IMG/VR virus record: IMGVR_UViG_2974545560_000001 | Coordinates: 4,746-68,745 of that record | Source: a virus | Taxonomy: Duplodnaviria > Caudoviricetes | Direction: 5' to 3' (one strand) | Length of the DNA stretch: 64,000 nt | Shown here: positions 34,869 through 44,725 of the stretch, piece by piece | How positions within the stretch are numbered: the stretch's first letter is position 1 | Layout of the letters: each line of letters begins with the position of its first letter | Position numbers and translations under genes: made by a program | The notes under the pieces: model-generated | Database searches by the model: none | What the model was told of the DNA's origin: nothing | The model's input: only the letters and a program-made list of their open reading frames with translations

Positions 34869-37057
34869 TAGTATCGCACCGCCGTTGCAGAACCGTTAAC
34901 GATGTCAGATAGATCTGAGCTGTACAATTGACGCTGAATTTCTCTGCCAGTATCCTCTGGACTTTGAGCGCCATTGACTTCGATGAATATTGCCTTCTCC
35001 TGAAGGGTTATGTCCCTGCCGCCCATTCGGCCAGAGTCTTCAATTTGACGACCGTATTTCTTCATTGCGTCAAATTGCATGAGAGAAGCGCGCAGCCTCT
35101 GTTGTGCCTCTGCCTGTTGGCGCGGCAAAATACCTGGGGCATTCACCGCAAGTTGGTTCTGCTGGATTTCCCTCATCAGATTTGACTCTAACTTGGCACG
35201 AGTGAAGTGAATGTCCCCTTGCGCTATCCCTCCAGCATTCAACTGGGCGATTGGAACACCAAGCGCCTTTGCAATTGCGTCACGCACCTGGAATTCCTGC
35301 GTCTTCGCCCTTGACTCTCCAGCGACAGGCGCATAGTGACCTGGCTGGGCGCTTGTGCGTGAATAGTCTGCGTCACCAAGAGACGCCACTGGAAGGGCGG
35401 GCGCGCCAACTGGACGTTCGCTGTTTGCGCCGCCAAAATTGACATTGGCATTCAGAACTTTGTCGGCATACGCAAGAGTCCTTTTGCCCCAACCTGATTT
35501 CTTGTATCCGCCATGATACATGGTCAGAGCTTCACGAATATCTCCGCCGGTATAATTCAGATATTCCTTCATTAGTTGTGCCATTCCGTTGATACTCTGT
35601 CTAGGGTCATACGGATTGGTTATGCCAAGCGATTTGAAGTTGCTTGGCATAATTTGCCCTAATCCAACCGCTCCAGCTTCACTCACCGCATTCGGATTAT
35701 AACCAGACTCAACCTGAATTTGCTTGGCTAAGATGTCGGCCGGGACGCCGTATTTTGCTGCGGCCTCATTTATCATCGCCGAATACTGCGCAGGCGCAAC
35801 GCTAGTGCCCCTGACTGGTGTTCCCTGGCTCGCTCCTGTACCAAGGGCGGCAGTCCCTACTTGGGCGCCAATGCCGCCAGCGCGGCCAACCTCGCCAGCC
35901 CAGGCGGCCATCGCTTGCCTCTCATCGATGACGCCTGCGAATGCCGATACAGAGCTTGCGAATAGATTGACATCGCGAGCGAATTTTGCTTGCAACTCTC
36001 TCGTCTGTGCAGCAGCCGTGTCAGTATTTCTGGCTCGTTTTTCGTTATCCTCTTTGATGGCCGCCCGTTGCTTCTCCAGTTCCTTTGTGTATCGCTCTTG
36101 ACTTCCACTGCCTATATCCCAGAAGGTATTCAGGCTGGCCTGGAATTGGGCGCGCAACTCATCAAACACATCGGTGAAAACCGCTGGAACCTTCTCTGAT
36201 ACGTCAACAACCCAATCGATAAACTTCGTTAGCATGGGGACGAAGTTTGCGCCGATTATGTTGCTTGCGATTCGCAGACGGTCAACCATTTTATTATAGT
36301 GCTCATTCAGGTCATCCATCGATTTAGCCGCCCTGTCTTGCAGGGCTTGGTCTTCTTTGGTCATCTGCGTTGATTTTTTGAGGGCTTCATTCCTGTTCCT
36401 AAGAGCATCAACCTCATCGTGAGTGAACCCTGCTGACTGTCCAAGACCATAAGCCTGCTGCTTTGTCATGGTCTGAAATTTCTTGGATATCTCATCCAAT
36501 ATGGTCATCGTATCCTTCAAGCGGCCAGACGCTGTAAACGGCATCGCTCCCATTTGTCGCAGCATGAGAGTCTCACGGCTCATCGGGTCTGGATTGGTGT
36601 AAGCGCTGTATGCCAAACTTGATGTTTTTGATACGATTCCGCGCGCCTGCTCTGAGTTCAAGCGTGATCCCGCTACTGCCTGGCGCTGAAATTGCTCAAT
36701 TTGTCTAACGGAAAGTCCACTGTCAAAAGACAGCTGACGTTGGATGTCGTATTCCTTGCGTAAGTTGATTATGGCCTTTACCCCGACGGCGACAATTGCA
36801 AGGGCGCTTGCGACGCCCATGAGTCCACCAGTGAGGGCGATTGCGCCGGATGTTGCCGCAGCCAATTCAGGCGCCAGTGGCGACAAAGACTTGAAGGCAT
36901 TCTTAATCCCTTCGCCAGCGCCCCTCATTGTTTTTGTTGACTTGTTTGCTTCTTTGTTTACATTACGAATTTTGTCGTGCAGCTTCTCCAGCCGATCAAT
37001 TGAATCTTTCAATTCGAGCTGATACTGGATTGTGAATTGCTCGGCTGAATCTGACAT
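34868..37057 (-). CDS. Tape measure protein with lytic transglycosylase (SLT) domain
   Basis: Helical Ala-rich body; QVESGYNPNAVSEAGAVGLGQIMP...ALTMYHGG SLT motifs. Confidence 0.9.
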   Translation of the reverse strand: MSDSAEQFTIQYQLELKDSIDRLEKLHDKIRNVNKEANKSTKTMRGAGEGIKNAFKSLSPLAPELAAATSGAIALTGGLMGVASALAIVAVGVKAIINLRKEYDIQRQLSFDSGLSVRQIEQFQRQAVAGSRLNSEQARGIVSKTSSLAYSAYTNPDPMSRETLMLRQMGAMPFTASGRLKDTMTILDEISKKFQTMTKQQAYGLGQSAGFTHDEVDALRNRNEALKKSTQMTKEDQALQDRAAKSMDDLNEHYNKMVDRLRIASNIIGANFVPMLTKFIDWVVDVSEKVPAVFTDVFDELRAQFQASLNTFWDIGSGSQERYTKELEKQRAAIKEDNEKRARNTDTAAAQTRELQAKFARDVNLFASSVSAFAGVIDERQAMAAWAGEVGRAGGIGAQVGTAALGTGASQGTPVRGTSVAPAQYSAMINEAAAKYGVPADILAKQIQVESGYNPNAVSEAGAVGLGQIMPSNFKSLGITNPYDPRQSINGMAQLMKEYLNYTGGDIREALTMYHGGYKKSGWGKRTLAYADKVLNANVNFGGANSERPVGAPALPVASLGDADYSRTSAQPGHYAPVAGESRAKTQEFQVRDAIAKALGVPIAQLNAGGIAQGDIHFTRAKLESNLMREIQQNQLAVNAPGILPRQQAEAQQRLRASLMQFDAMKKYGRQIEDSGRMGGRDITLQEKAIFIEVNGAQSPEDTGREIQRQLYSSDLSDIVNGSATAVRY

Positions 37058-37060
37058 TTG

Positions 37061-37465
37061 TTATTCCTTTTCGTTCTGTTTGTCCAACAGTGGCCCAATC
37101 ATCTGCACCGCCTGGGCTATGAATGAAGATGCAATCTCGCCACCGACGTTTGACCAGTAGTCAGGGCGCTCGGCGTGTCTTTCTGGGTCAATGCCGTTCT
37201 CAATCAGCACCGCCTTGAATACAGCTTCAACGTTGCGCCAATCCACCAAGTGGTTGTCAACAAGAGCGCTTGTCTTCAGCTTGACTCGCTCATCACCAAT
37301 AACGACAGACGCGTGAGACAAAATCAACATGGTATAGTTGATTCGCTCATTCGTATCCCTCGTTGCGAGGAATTCGGTATATTGGCGTTGCAAATCCCAG
37401 CCCTCAAGTGCTGCAAATTTGCCTATTTCAATTTCCTTGTTCTTTCCATTAACCGTGATGATCAT
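37061..37465 (-). CDS. Tail assembly chaperone (short form)
   Basis: 134 aa immediately upstream of the tape measure gene. Confidence 0.6.
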   Translation of the reverse strand: MIITVNGKNKEIEIGKFAALEGWDLQRQYTEFLATRDTNERINYTMLILSHASVVIGDERVKLKTSALVDNHLVDWRNVEAVFKAVLIENGIDPERHAERPDYWSNVGGEIASSFIAQAVQMIGPLLDKQNEKE

Positions 37466-38028
37466 TATATACCCAACCTATTCTTTATGCCGCCAACCAT
37501 ATCGCTTATGGTTGATGATACAGACTCTGGAGCTTGAACCCTTGTCCCAAGCACCGAATTGTCGGCGGATTGGGACGGGTTGAATACAGATGTGCTTGGC
37601 GGCTGAGTTTGTTCGAATGTAAGTGTCAATGACGTAAGATTCAACTTATCTGGTGTCTGGTTGGCTTCTATTCCAACAAGGCACATGCTACTAGTTATAA
37701 TCGATCTTGATGTTATAGTCAAGGTGTGAGTGACGTCATTGAATACGCTTATTATCGCAGATAGAGTTGTGTCATCTGCGCTTGCAGTTATCTCCAGCAT
37801 CGCAGGTTTTATCACCTTTGATGGAAGTATATCTGAATTGGTCGTTTTCTGAGTTGTACCTGGATCTGATAACTGCCCAAGCGCGAAAGGTATTTCTGCT
37901 GTTTCAGAATCATCGATTGGGTCAACTTTGGTTACAGAAAGTGCGCTCCATATTCTGGCTCCAGTCTTCTCATCAACAACTCTTAAGCCCTTTGGGCTGA
38001 ATATTGATGCCAATATGGTTTGTGCCAT
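37465..38028 (-). CDS. Tail/baseplate structural protein (tube initiator-like)
   Basis: Ser/Thr-rich beta protein in the tail module; paralogue of the next gene. Confidence 0.6.
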   Translation of the reverse strand: MAQTILASIFSPKGLRVVDEKTGARIWSALSVTKVDPIDDSETAEIPFALGQLSDPGTTQKTTNSDILPSKVIKPAMLEITASADDTTLSAIISVFNDVTHTLTITSRSIITSSMCLVGIEANQTPDKLNLTSLTLTFEQTQPPSTSVFNPSQSADNSVLGTRVQAPESVSSTISDMVGGIKNRLGI

Positions 38029-38558
38029 TACAAAACCCCTCCAAGAGCGTCTGATATTCCATTTGCGAAGTCCTCAACGCTATGCGTGACGTTCTTCAGT
38101 GTGGATATCCCTGAATCTATGACAGATGAATCCCCTTGTTGAACGCAAACTGGCCGGTATGTTCCTTGCATTTGTATTCCGGCAAATGTAAGCATAATTG
38201 GCGTCGCAGAAAGCGACTCTGCTGACTGGGTTTGCTCGCTCCTTTGAAGCTTCAAATTCTTGATTTGCACGCCGCGGGTCTTAATCTCATACATTATATC
38301 TATATTTTTCATTATATGAGACAAAACTTGAAGGCCGTCTATATTGCTTGCTATTGCCTTTACTTGCACCTGCACTGGCGTCTTTATTCGTGCATGCGCG
38401 ATGACGGTGCCATCCTCTCTTCTATTCTTCAGCGGTCTTGAATTGAATTTTATCGAAACGTTTGCAATGGTTATGCCGGTCAAATTGACCGGCCCATTGT
38501 CTGATGTCATAGTAAATGATGACATCCTTATTAATGATCCAAGAATGCTGTTAGCCAT
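38028..38558 (-). CDS. Tail/baseplate structural protein
   Basis: As above; translationally coupled. Confidence 0.6.
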   Translation of the reverse strand: MANSILGSLIRMSSFTMTSDNGPVNLTGITIANVSIKFNSRPLKNRREDGTVIAHARIKTPVQVQVKAIASNIDGLQVLSHIMKNIDIMYEIKTRGVQIKNLKLQRSEQTQSAESLSATPIMLTFAGIQMQGTYRPVCVQQGDSSVIDSGISTLKNVTHSVEDFANGISDALGGVL

Positions 38559-39055
38559 TATAATATACTCAGAACGTTTTGAATAATTCCGGCACCGATT
38601 TCTTTTCCGCTCTGCGCGCCACCAAATGTTGCAAAGACGAATTTATATACATTCGACTTTTTGCGGCCGCTGCTCGCTATAGAATCGGCCAGTGGGCCAC
38701 TCAATATTGTTCCGCCTGTCAGTATAACCTTGTCGTTATCAGGATACGATATGATCATCGTGGTTATGTCTGAGATAGGCATAAGCTGCAGTCCACCTTT
38801 CCTAGATTGCAGCAAGACCTTTAAGTTGATGTCGTCCTGCGTGTTTGGCGTAACGGCAATGGATACGATGACGGGCGCGGCCTTATCGAATGCGACGATG
38901 CCGCCATCGTATAACAATTCATAACCTACAGGCTCAACAGGCTCGATGCTGATTGGATCTTCTTCATCAGCAAATGCCGTTATGTTGAATCCCATAGGGA
39001 ATGACTGTATTGCAACCAGTCTTATTGATGTCCCGAACCCTGATATATTCAGCAT
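38558..39055 (-). CDS. Tail tube-like protein (second copy)
   Basis: MLNISGFG...FPMGFNITAFADEED is clearly paralogous to 39971-40435. Confidence 0.75.
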   Translation of the reverse strand: MLNISGFGTSIRLVAIQSFPMGFNITAFADEEDPISIEPVEPVGYELLYDGGIVAFDKAAPVIVSIAVTPNTQDDINLKVLLQSRKGGLQLMPISDITTMIISYPDNDKVILTGGTILSGPLADSIASSGRKKSNVYKFVFATFGGAQSGKEIGAGIIQNVLSIL

Positions 39056-39300
39056 TATTCCGCCTGTTCGTCTTCTTCGTTGACTTCTTCGCCCGGCTCG
39101 AATGAAGGTTCTGGCTCAGGCTCTGGCTCAGGCGTGTTCGGCTCAACAGCAGGCTCCGAATCCAGCCCGTCGTATTCAGTCGCGCGGGCGTAAGCCTCCT
39201 GTTGGTCTGGAGTGGGATTAAACGATGGGGCTGGGGAATAATCAGAGCCATCCTCCGCGCCTATTACCATAACACCATTATCGAATGAGATTACTTTCAT
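39055..39300 (-). CDS. Small acidic Pro/Glu-repeat protein
   Basis: PEPEPEPEP repeat with an acidic tail; coupled to the next gene. Confidence 0.55.
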   Translation of the reverse strand: MKVISFDNGVMVIGAEDGSDYSPAPSFNPTPDQQEAYARATEYDGLDSEPAVEPNTPEPEPEPEPSFEPGEEVNEEDEQAE

Positions 39301-39301
39301 A

Positions 39302-39652
39302 TCAGCTACTCACTTTAACAATGCCATAGTCAGTGAGAACCACGGCCTGGTATTGGAATTCATCATCGACAATAGTTATGTCTAAACTATCGATGTTGAT
39401 GACGTCTGGCTTTTTCAGTATCGCCGCAGCTATTGACTGACGCGCTGCGTCATAATCAACAACAGGAGTGAATATGGCTCCGAAATAATCAACCCCGTTG
39501 TCTATGTCGTATATATCCTCACCCTTTCTCATCAGCCCAGCGTGGCGAATATTTTGAGCAAGGGCTATTTCGCCACTTAATATATTAAGATTCTTACCAT
39601 CTGGCAAAAACAAGTCATTGTTTTCGTCAGTCTGTATTGTGATAGTTGCCAT
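39302..39652 (-). CDS. Baseplate wedge/sheath initiator (gp25-like)
   Basis: KGEDIYDIDNGVDYF...IAAAILKKPDVINIDSL pattern. Confidence 0.7.
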   Translation of the reverse strand: MATITIQTDENNDLFLPDGKNLNILSGEIALAQNIRHAGLMRKGEDIYDIDNGVDYFGAIFTPVVDYDAARQSIAAAILKKPDVINIDSLDITIVDDEFQYQAVVLTDYGIVKVSS

Positions 39653-39653
39653 G

Positions 39654-39971
39654 TCAACTCCTCAGCATTGACTCATAAACTTCAATTTCAGTCGCTGTAA
39701 GATGGTAGAGATCAACATCTTCTCCGAACCTCTCCCAATCAGGAACCCCATTGAAGATGAAGTTGCCGAAGTTAGGCGCTGTCATGTAATCATATGGCAG
39801 CAATTTGATCCCTGCAAAGCAGCGCTGTCCACTGACAATATTGACTCCGTTCCTCGATACGTCAGCGACCATAACAGTCAAAGCGGTGTAAAGATGAATT
39901 TGCCAATATGCGCCGTCAGCATTGAATTCAAGCCGCTGATTCGGCACGCTGATAAGAGGGATCTTTTGCAT
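39654..39971 (-). CDS. Baseplate-associated structural protein
   Basis: IPLISVPNQ...; conserved myovirus position. Confidence 0.65.
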   Translation of the reverse strand: MQKIPLISVPNQRLEFNADGAYWQIHLYTALTVMVADVSRNGVNIVSGQRCFAGIKLLPYDYMTAPNFGNFIFNGVPDWERFGEDVDLYHLTATEIEVYESMLRS

Positions 39972-40435
39972 TATGCCACCACAGCAGGTTGATAACGTTT
40001 GGAGTCGTTCTCAAAACGGAATCGATAAGAACGAGTTTTGAAACGGCCAGCCTGAGACACACTCGGCAGGATTGAACCAACAATCATAACGCCAGAGTTG
40101 AGAGTAACGACAGATCCGTTTGGATAAGTCACAACAAGGCTGATAACGTCACGCGCTCCACGTTTGCCCTTGCCTACGCGATTGGCCTCTGCCAATGCAT
40201 CCAGGTTCACGTCATCGTCACTGGTTGGAACGATGTTCAGACCAACCTCAATTGGCCCAGGCTTCGCCCACACAAGCAGCTCTCCGTTCAATGCGTTCCC
40301 GGTATCTGCCAGGGTGAAGTCTGGCGAATCCATTGAGTCTGCATCGTCAGCGAATGCCGTGATGTTGATGCCATTAGGGAAGGTGTTGGACGCGACAAGC
40401 CGCGCCTGCAAACCATAACCTGAAATGTTGATCAT
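39971..40435 (-). CDS. Tail tube protein
   Basis: Directly downstream of the sheath gene; 154 aa beta protein; AGGAG RBS. Confidence 0.8.
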   Translation of the reverse strand: MINISGYGLQARLVASNTFPNGINITAFADDADSMDSPDFTLADTGNALNGELLVWAKPGPIEVGLNIVPTSDDDVNLDALAEANRVGKGKRGARDVISLVVTYPNGSVVTLNSGVMIVGSILPSVSQAGRFKTRSYRFRFENDSKRYQPAVVA

Positions 40436-40498
40436 CTTTAAAATCTCCTGTGTTCTATAAACGATAGCTTACGCCCCACTTTTGGTGAGGCGCGGCTA

Positions 40499-42019
40499 TT
40501 AGATCAGCACGTCACGGCCTGTGACTTTACGGACGGCATCTTTCTTGCCATAAACAATGACATAATCGATGATCCACTCTTCACGTCCAGTCTGGTCTGT
40601 GGTATTGGTAAGACTCACATCCAACCAGTAGCCGATTGACGCGACCTGCCGCCAGGCCATCGGGTCGCCGGTCAGCTGGGTGATGTACTGCTGCTTGGTG
40701 ATATCGATTGGCTTGCCCTGTGAGATGACGCCATTAAGCTGCGCAGCATTCACGACGCCCTGCAGCACGCCGAGCACCGTTGCTTCACCGTCGGTGTCAG
40801 CAGAAATGATCGGCTGATTCATGAACATGGCCAAGATGTCGCGTGAAATCGTCGCCTTCATCCACATTTCGTTGGCGTATGTATTCATGTCAATCGCATC
40901 GGATGCACCACCGCAAAGAACACCACGCTGATAGAACGCCAGCGGCTGGCCTGCAGACTGGGTGACGCCGATGTAGTTGCCACGATAGGAATCAACCATG
41001 TCAGCAGTGGTATCATCGCTCACCGTCACAGCACGGTTCGCGAACGAATAGAACATGTAGTTCTGAGTTGAGTTGACGTTGTTGTAGTTGGTCGCCGCGA
41101 GAATCTCAGCCGGTGACTGCTCAATGAAGTCGTTTTGGGCGCCGGTGATGTTGATTGCACAACCAGAATAGCCCTTGACGAGTTCATACAACGCGGCCAG
41201 GTTGCCGATTGGCGTCGCCAGTGTGTACATATACATATTGTTTTGAGAGTGGTTCCACGCTGCAATTTCTGCAATGTCTTCGTTGGAAAGAGCAACTGCA
41301 GGCGTTGTGAACGCAAAGGAACCGAAGTTGTTGCTGATGTTTGCTGACTTGCTGACTGCAGTGCTTGCGTCGTCAGCCGCCTGACCGGCAACAGCCACAG
41401 CGCCTGTGGTATTCCAACCGAGAAGCGCGCCGAAGTCAGAGCCTGCATCCGTGTGCTTGATGCAGCTGATAGAGCCTGATCCAGTCACCGAGCCGGTCAG
41501 GTTGAACTGGCCTGTCACGGCGTTGTACGTCACGGTGCAGCTTTTCAACTGCTCGTCGGTCGTTTGACCAGTTGTGATAGCGGATTGAACGATTGACGCT
41601 ACAGCCGCCAAATCCGTTGCGGTGGTCAAATCAATTGGCCCAATAGTCTTAGCGACGCCGTTTGATACCAGCACGATTGACGACGGTTGAGTGTTGGTGA
41701 AATCGCCAAGCGTCTTCTCTACCGTGTCGCCGATGATCATCGGTGCAATTGCGGTATTCACCCAACGGGCAAAACTGATCTTGCCAGGAGAATTCACAAG
41801 CTTGCTGATGAAGGAAAAGTAATCACGTGCCCGCTTGTACTCTTCAGATGAAGTGCCAAAGAATGAGCCGACGGCGTCAGGGTTTGAGAACTCCATCACG
41901 ATTCCAGGCGGCAGCATTGCATTCTGGGTGATGAGGCGAAGGATCAGTTGGCGTTGTGCGATACTATTACCTGCACCTACGCCAGACACGATTTTGATAT
42001 AGCGGGATTGGCTAATCAC
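40499..42019 (-). CDS. Tail sheath protein (DUF3383)
   Basis: ISQSRYIKIVSGVG, FGTSSEEYKRA, YANEMW and YGKKDAVRKV motifs. Confidence 0.9.
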   Translation of the reverse strand: MISQSRYIKIVSGVGAGNSIAQRQLILRLITQNAMLPPGIVMEFSNPDAVGSFFGTSSEEYKRARDYFSFISKLVNSPGKISFARWVNTAIAPMIIGDTVEKTLGDFTNTQPSSIVLVSNGVAKTIGPIDLTTATDLAAVASIVQSAITTGQTTDEQLKSCTVTYNAVTGQFNLTGSVTGSGSISCIKHTDAGSDFGALLGWNTTGAVAVAGQAADDASTAVSKSANISNNFGSFAFTTPAVALSNEDIAEIAAWNHSQNNMYMYTLATPIGNLAALYELVKGYSGCAINITGAQNDFIEQSPAEILAATNYNNVNSTQNYMFYSFANRAVTVSDDTTADMVDSYRGNYIGVTQSAGQPLAFYQRGVLCGGASDAIDMNTYANEMWMKATISRDILAMFMNQPIISADTDGEATVLGVLQGVVNAAQLNGVISQGKPIDITKQQYITQLTGDPMAWRQVASIGYWLDVSLTNTTDQTGREEWIIDYVIVYGKKDAVRKVTGRDVLI

Positions 42020-42029
42020 AATGGCACTC

Positions 42030-42563
42030 CTATTTAGTCACTTTACTATTCACGTTTTGCCACATATGACCATCGTCAATAAGCGGCATGTCAAATCCCT
42101 TTTTGGCGATAGTGCTTGGAGCGTTAGGCTGCCAGCCTCCATTTTTGATGCTGTCAACTATGGAGTTTTCCATTGCCATTCCTATTTGGTTAAGCATTTG
42201 ATCAACTGTTATTTTGCCAGAAAGTAATTTAGTGACAAGAGACTTCTCAATTGATCTTCTTTGTTCAATAAAATTCTTGAAGGCCAGTCTCATGAATGGC
42301 CTGGACGGTATCACAATAATACCCCAATTCCCATTCCACGTTCCGCCATCATTTTGAATCCTTGCGTTGGCTGCTATGGATCTTCCATTTGGGTATCTAT
42401 CAGATTCAAACCATCCAGCATCGACCTTTGATCCTTTCGCCTCTTTAAGAGCCTTTATGTGCTTCTTGAGCATTTCAGATTCTTCTTTCATGGCGCCCTC
42501 CAACATCGAATTATATATTAAAGCCCGGTGCAACTCAACAGTTACATCCGGGCTTAAGTACAC
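42030..42563 (-). CDS. Neck/tail-completion protein (HK97 gp10-like)
   Basis: IPSRPFMR and PNAPSTIAKKGFDMPLIDDG motifs. Confidence 0.8.
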   Translation of the reverse strand: MYLSPDVTVELHRALIYNSMLEGAMKEESEMLKKHIKALKEAKGSKVDAGWFESDRYPNGRSIAANARIQNDGGTWNGNWGIIVIPSRPFMRLAFKNFIEQRRSIEKSLVTKLLSGKITVDQMLNQIGMAMENSIVDSIKNGGWQPNAPSTIAKKGFDMPLIDDGHMWQNVNSKVTK

Positions 42564-42574
42564 ATCATCGGCTA

Positions 42575-44719
42575 TTAGATTTGGCGCATGAACACTTCAT
42601 TGATTCGGATGCCGCCCATATTACGTTTGATCTTTGAAATATCCAAAGTCATAATGCAATGGGTTGCCCAATCAGGCGCAACTGTAGTTGATGCAGGCGA
42701 TTGGGTGCCGGTCGGCATTGATGGCGGCCACCTGAATGAGTGAAGCTGCCCTGAAGTTCCTCCGATTGGATAGTTCACGTCAGTGGCCTTAACCATCTGA
42801 AGGATTCTAGGTTCATCAGGATTGTCTGGCGTTCCCTTGACGATTAATTTAACCCAGTAAGTCTTGATGTTCACTGATCCGTCGCCTGTGCCAAGATACA
42901 AATTGCCGGATACATAGTGAACAACCTGGCCTGTACTTTTTACAGGAATGGTGCCTATGACCGCTTCAAAGGTGCCTGAGTTGGCTGGCTGGGTGACATC
43001 AAGGTTCACGAATCCGTTTGATGTTCTTGTGAAGGAAAATGTGGTGCCGCCATTTGACAGCCCATATCCCCAGCGATTCTTTCTAACCAATCCGTTGTCG
43101 GAATTCGGAAGTATCCACGTATCACCCAGCCAGTTTTCAGCCCCAATACCAAGCGTGTAGCTTTCGGTTGCAAATTGGTTGTTGATCACCGATGGGTCTG
43201 AGTTCATAATCACGGTCGTGAAAGAGTTTGCGCTGTTCGGGAAATAACATCCACTAAATGAAACGCCCTGCGACGCTCCGTCAATCCATGCGGTGGTGCT
43301 GTCACCATAATACGCATTACCCAACTTCTGGAACTGCACATTCTCAAATTTAACTGACGCCCTGGTTCCGAAATAGAATGGGTTGCTCGTCGCCCTTGAC
43401 TCAGCGCCAGTCGCGCCAGCTTTGAATGAGAACAATCCGCCGATGATGTTCAATCGCACTGACGTCGTTGACTCTGGGATGTTGATGATATAATCAACTG
43501 GGCCATAACCCTCCCACCAACAATTAACGCAGTTCACCATGCCGCCCAACAACTTCATTTGCTGGTGATAGCAATAGTCGAATGAGCATCCATAGAAGTT
43601 GCTCATGCCACCATACGTTGTGACCTGGTAGTTTCCGGCGTTGAATACACAAGAATAGAATGTGATTTGTTCGCCATAGTTCTTGCCACCAGGCTCGAAG
43701 TAATAAGCCTCATTACAATGCCCAAACGAAAGGTTGTAACAAGTCAAGAAATAGCAGTTGGAGCCAACAGAGAGGCCACGCCCGAATTGTTCGATTCCGC
43801 CGCCGTACAGGACGTTGCAAAGGCGCTCGTATCCACCAGGAACTGCTGAAGTCATGTTACAACGAACCGCCGTGCAGAACGATTCCTGACCTGGCCCCAA
43901 CATGTTCAGGTCGCTCCACCACGCACGTGTTTGCTGATACGCGCCAGCGTATGTTGCGCTGATTACGACCGTGTGATTGTTTTCGTCGGCTCCGACAGGG
44001 AACTGGCGGCAATCAAGGGTTGACTTGCCAAACTCGATGTTGATACTGCCGAAGTTTAATTTCAGCGGCTTCTTGATCAGCCAGTATTTTGGCCCATTCA
44101 AATCAAGTACATATCCGCCAATCCTTCGAGTGGGATCCGCCGCGTCCCTTGAAGATTGTTGCATGCACCAATCATGCGCTGCTTGTATCGCATCGGAATC
44201 GTCAGTAACACCGTCGCCCTTTGCGCCAAATTGGAATGGCGTCACTCGCTTTATGACGTCATTCAGGTGCGATGGGGTAGTCGGCGGATTGCCATACCCC
44301 TCTGGTGCCGCGCCGATAAGGTTTAGGCCATCCGGCTGGTTGAGTCTGACCAGAGTCGATTGGTCACCGGCTCCGTTGATGATGTCCTGGGTCTGAGTAA
44401 GCAGGGCTTGTTGCGCCGCCAAGTTGGCACTAGTTTGGTTCTGCGCATCCACTACACTTTGGTAATCGAAGAATTGAAGGGCAATTCGACTAGTCGTGCC
44501 CTCTGCAGTACCAATGACCATGTCATATGTTCCGTTTGGAGCCTGATATGCGATTTTACCGCTCTGATCTGCGTTAAACGGGTTTGACAATGCCGCGCCA
44601 CTCTGATCTTTCAGGCCAGTTGCGAGGTTGGTTGTGCCGGCGTTGTAGACTGTTACTGTTGCGCCAGGCACAAGGTTGCCGAACTTATCTTGCGCAAAGA
44701 AGGTTTTTAATTCCATCAT
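42575..44719 (-). CDS. Tailspike-like polysaccharide depolymerase (right-handed beta-helix)
   Basis: VTPFQFGAKGDGVTDDSDAIQAA pectate-lyase-3 signature followed by beta-helix repeats; N-terminal virion-anchoring domain. Confidence 0.85.
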   Translation of the reverse strand: MMELKTFFAQDKFGNLVPGATVTVYNAGTTNLATGLKDQSGAALSNPFNADQSGKIAYQAPNGTYDMVIGTAEGTTSRIALQFFDYQSVVDAQNQTSANLAAQQALLTQTQDIINGAGDQSTLVRLNQPDGLNLIGAAPEGYGNPPTTPSHLNDVIKRVTPFQFGAKGDGVTDDSDAIQAAHDWCMQQSSRDAADPTRRIGGYVLDLNGPKYWLIKKPLKLNFGSINIEFGKSTLDCRQFPVGADENNHTVVISATYAGAYQQTRAWWSDLNMLGPGQESFCTAVRCNMTSAVPGGYERLCNVLYGGGIEQFGRGLSVGSNCYFLTCYNLSFGHCNEAYYFEPGGKNYGEQITFYSCVFNAGNYQVTTYGGMSNFYGCSFDYCYHQQMKLLGGMVNCVNCWWEGYGPVDYIINIPESTTSVRLNIIGGLFSFKAGATGAESRATSNPFYFGTRASVKFENVQFQKLGNAYYGDSTTAWIDGASQGVSFSGCYFPNSANSFTTVIMNSDPSVINNQFATESYTLGIGAENWLGDTWILPNSDNGLVRKNRWGYGLSNGGTTFSFTRTSNGFVNLDVTQPANSGTFEAVIGTIPVKSTGQVVHYVSGNLYLGTGDGSVNIKTYWVKLIVKGTPDNPDEPRILQMVKATDVNYPIGGTSGQLHSFRWPPSMPTGTQSPASTTVAPDWATHCIMTLDISKIKRNMGGIRINEVFMRQI

Positions 44720-44725
44720 TGATCC

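Noticed and set aside
37040-37090. Programmed -1 frameshift at the end of the tail chaperone gene
   Set aside because: No XXXYYYZ heptamer, and the tape measure gene starts 4 nt after the stop.
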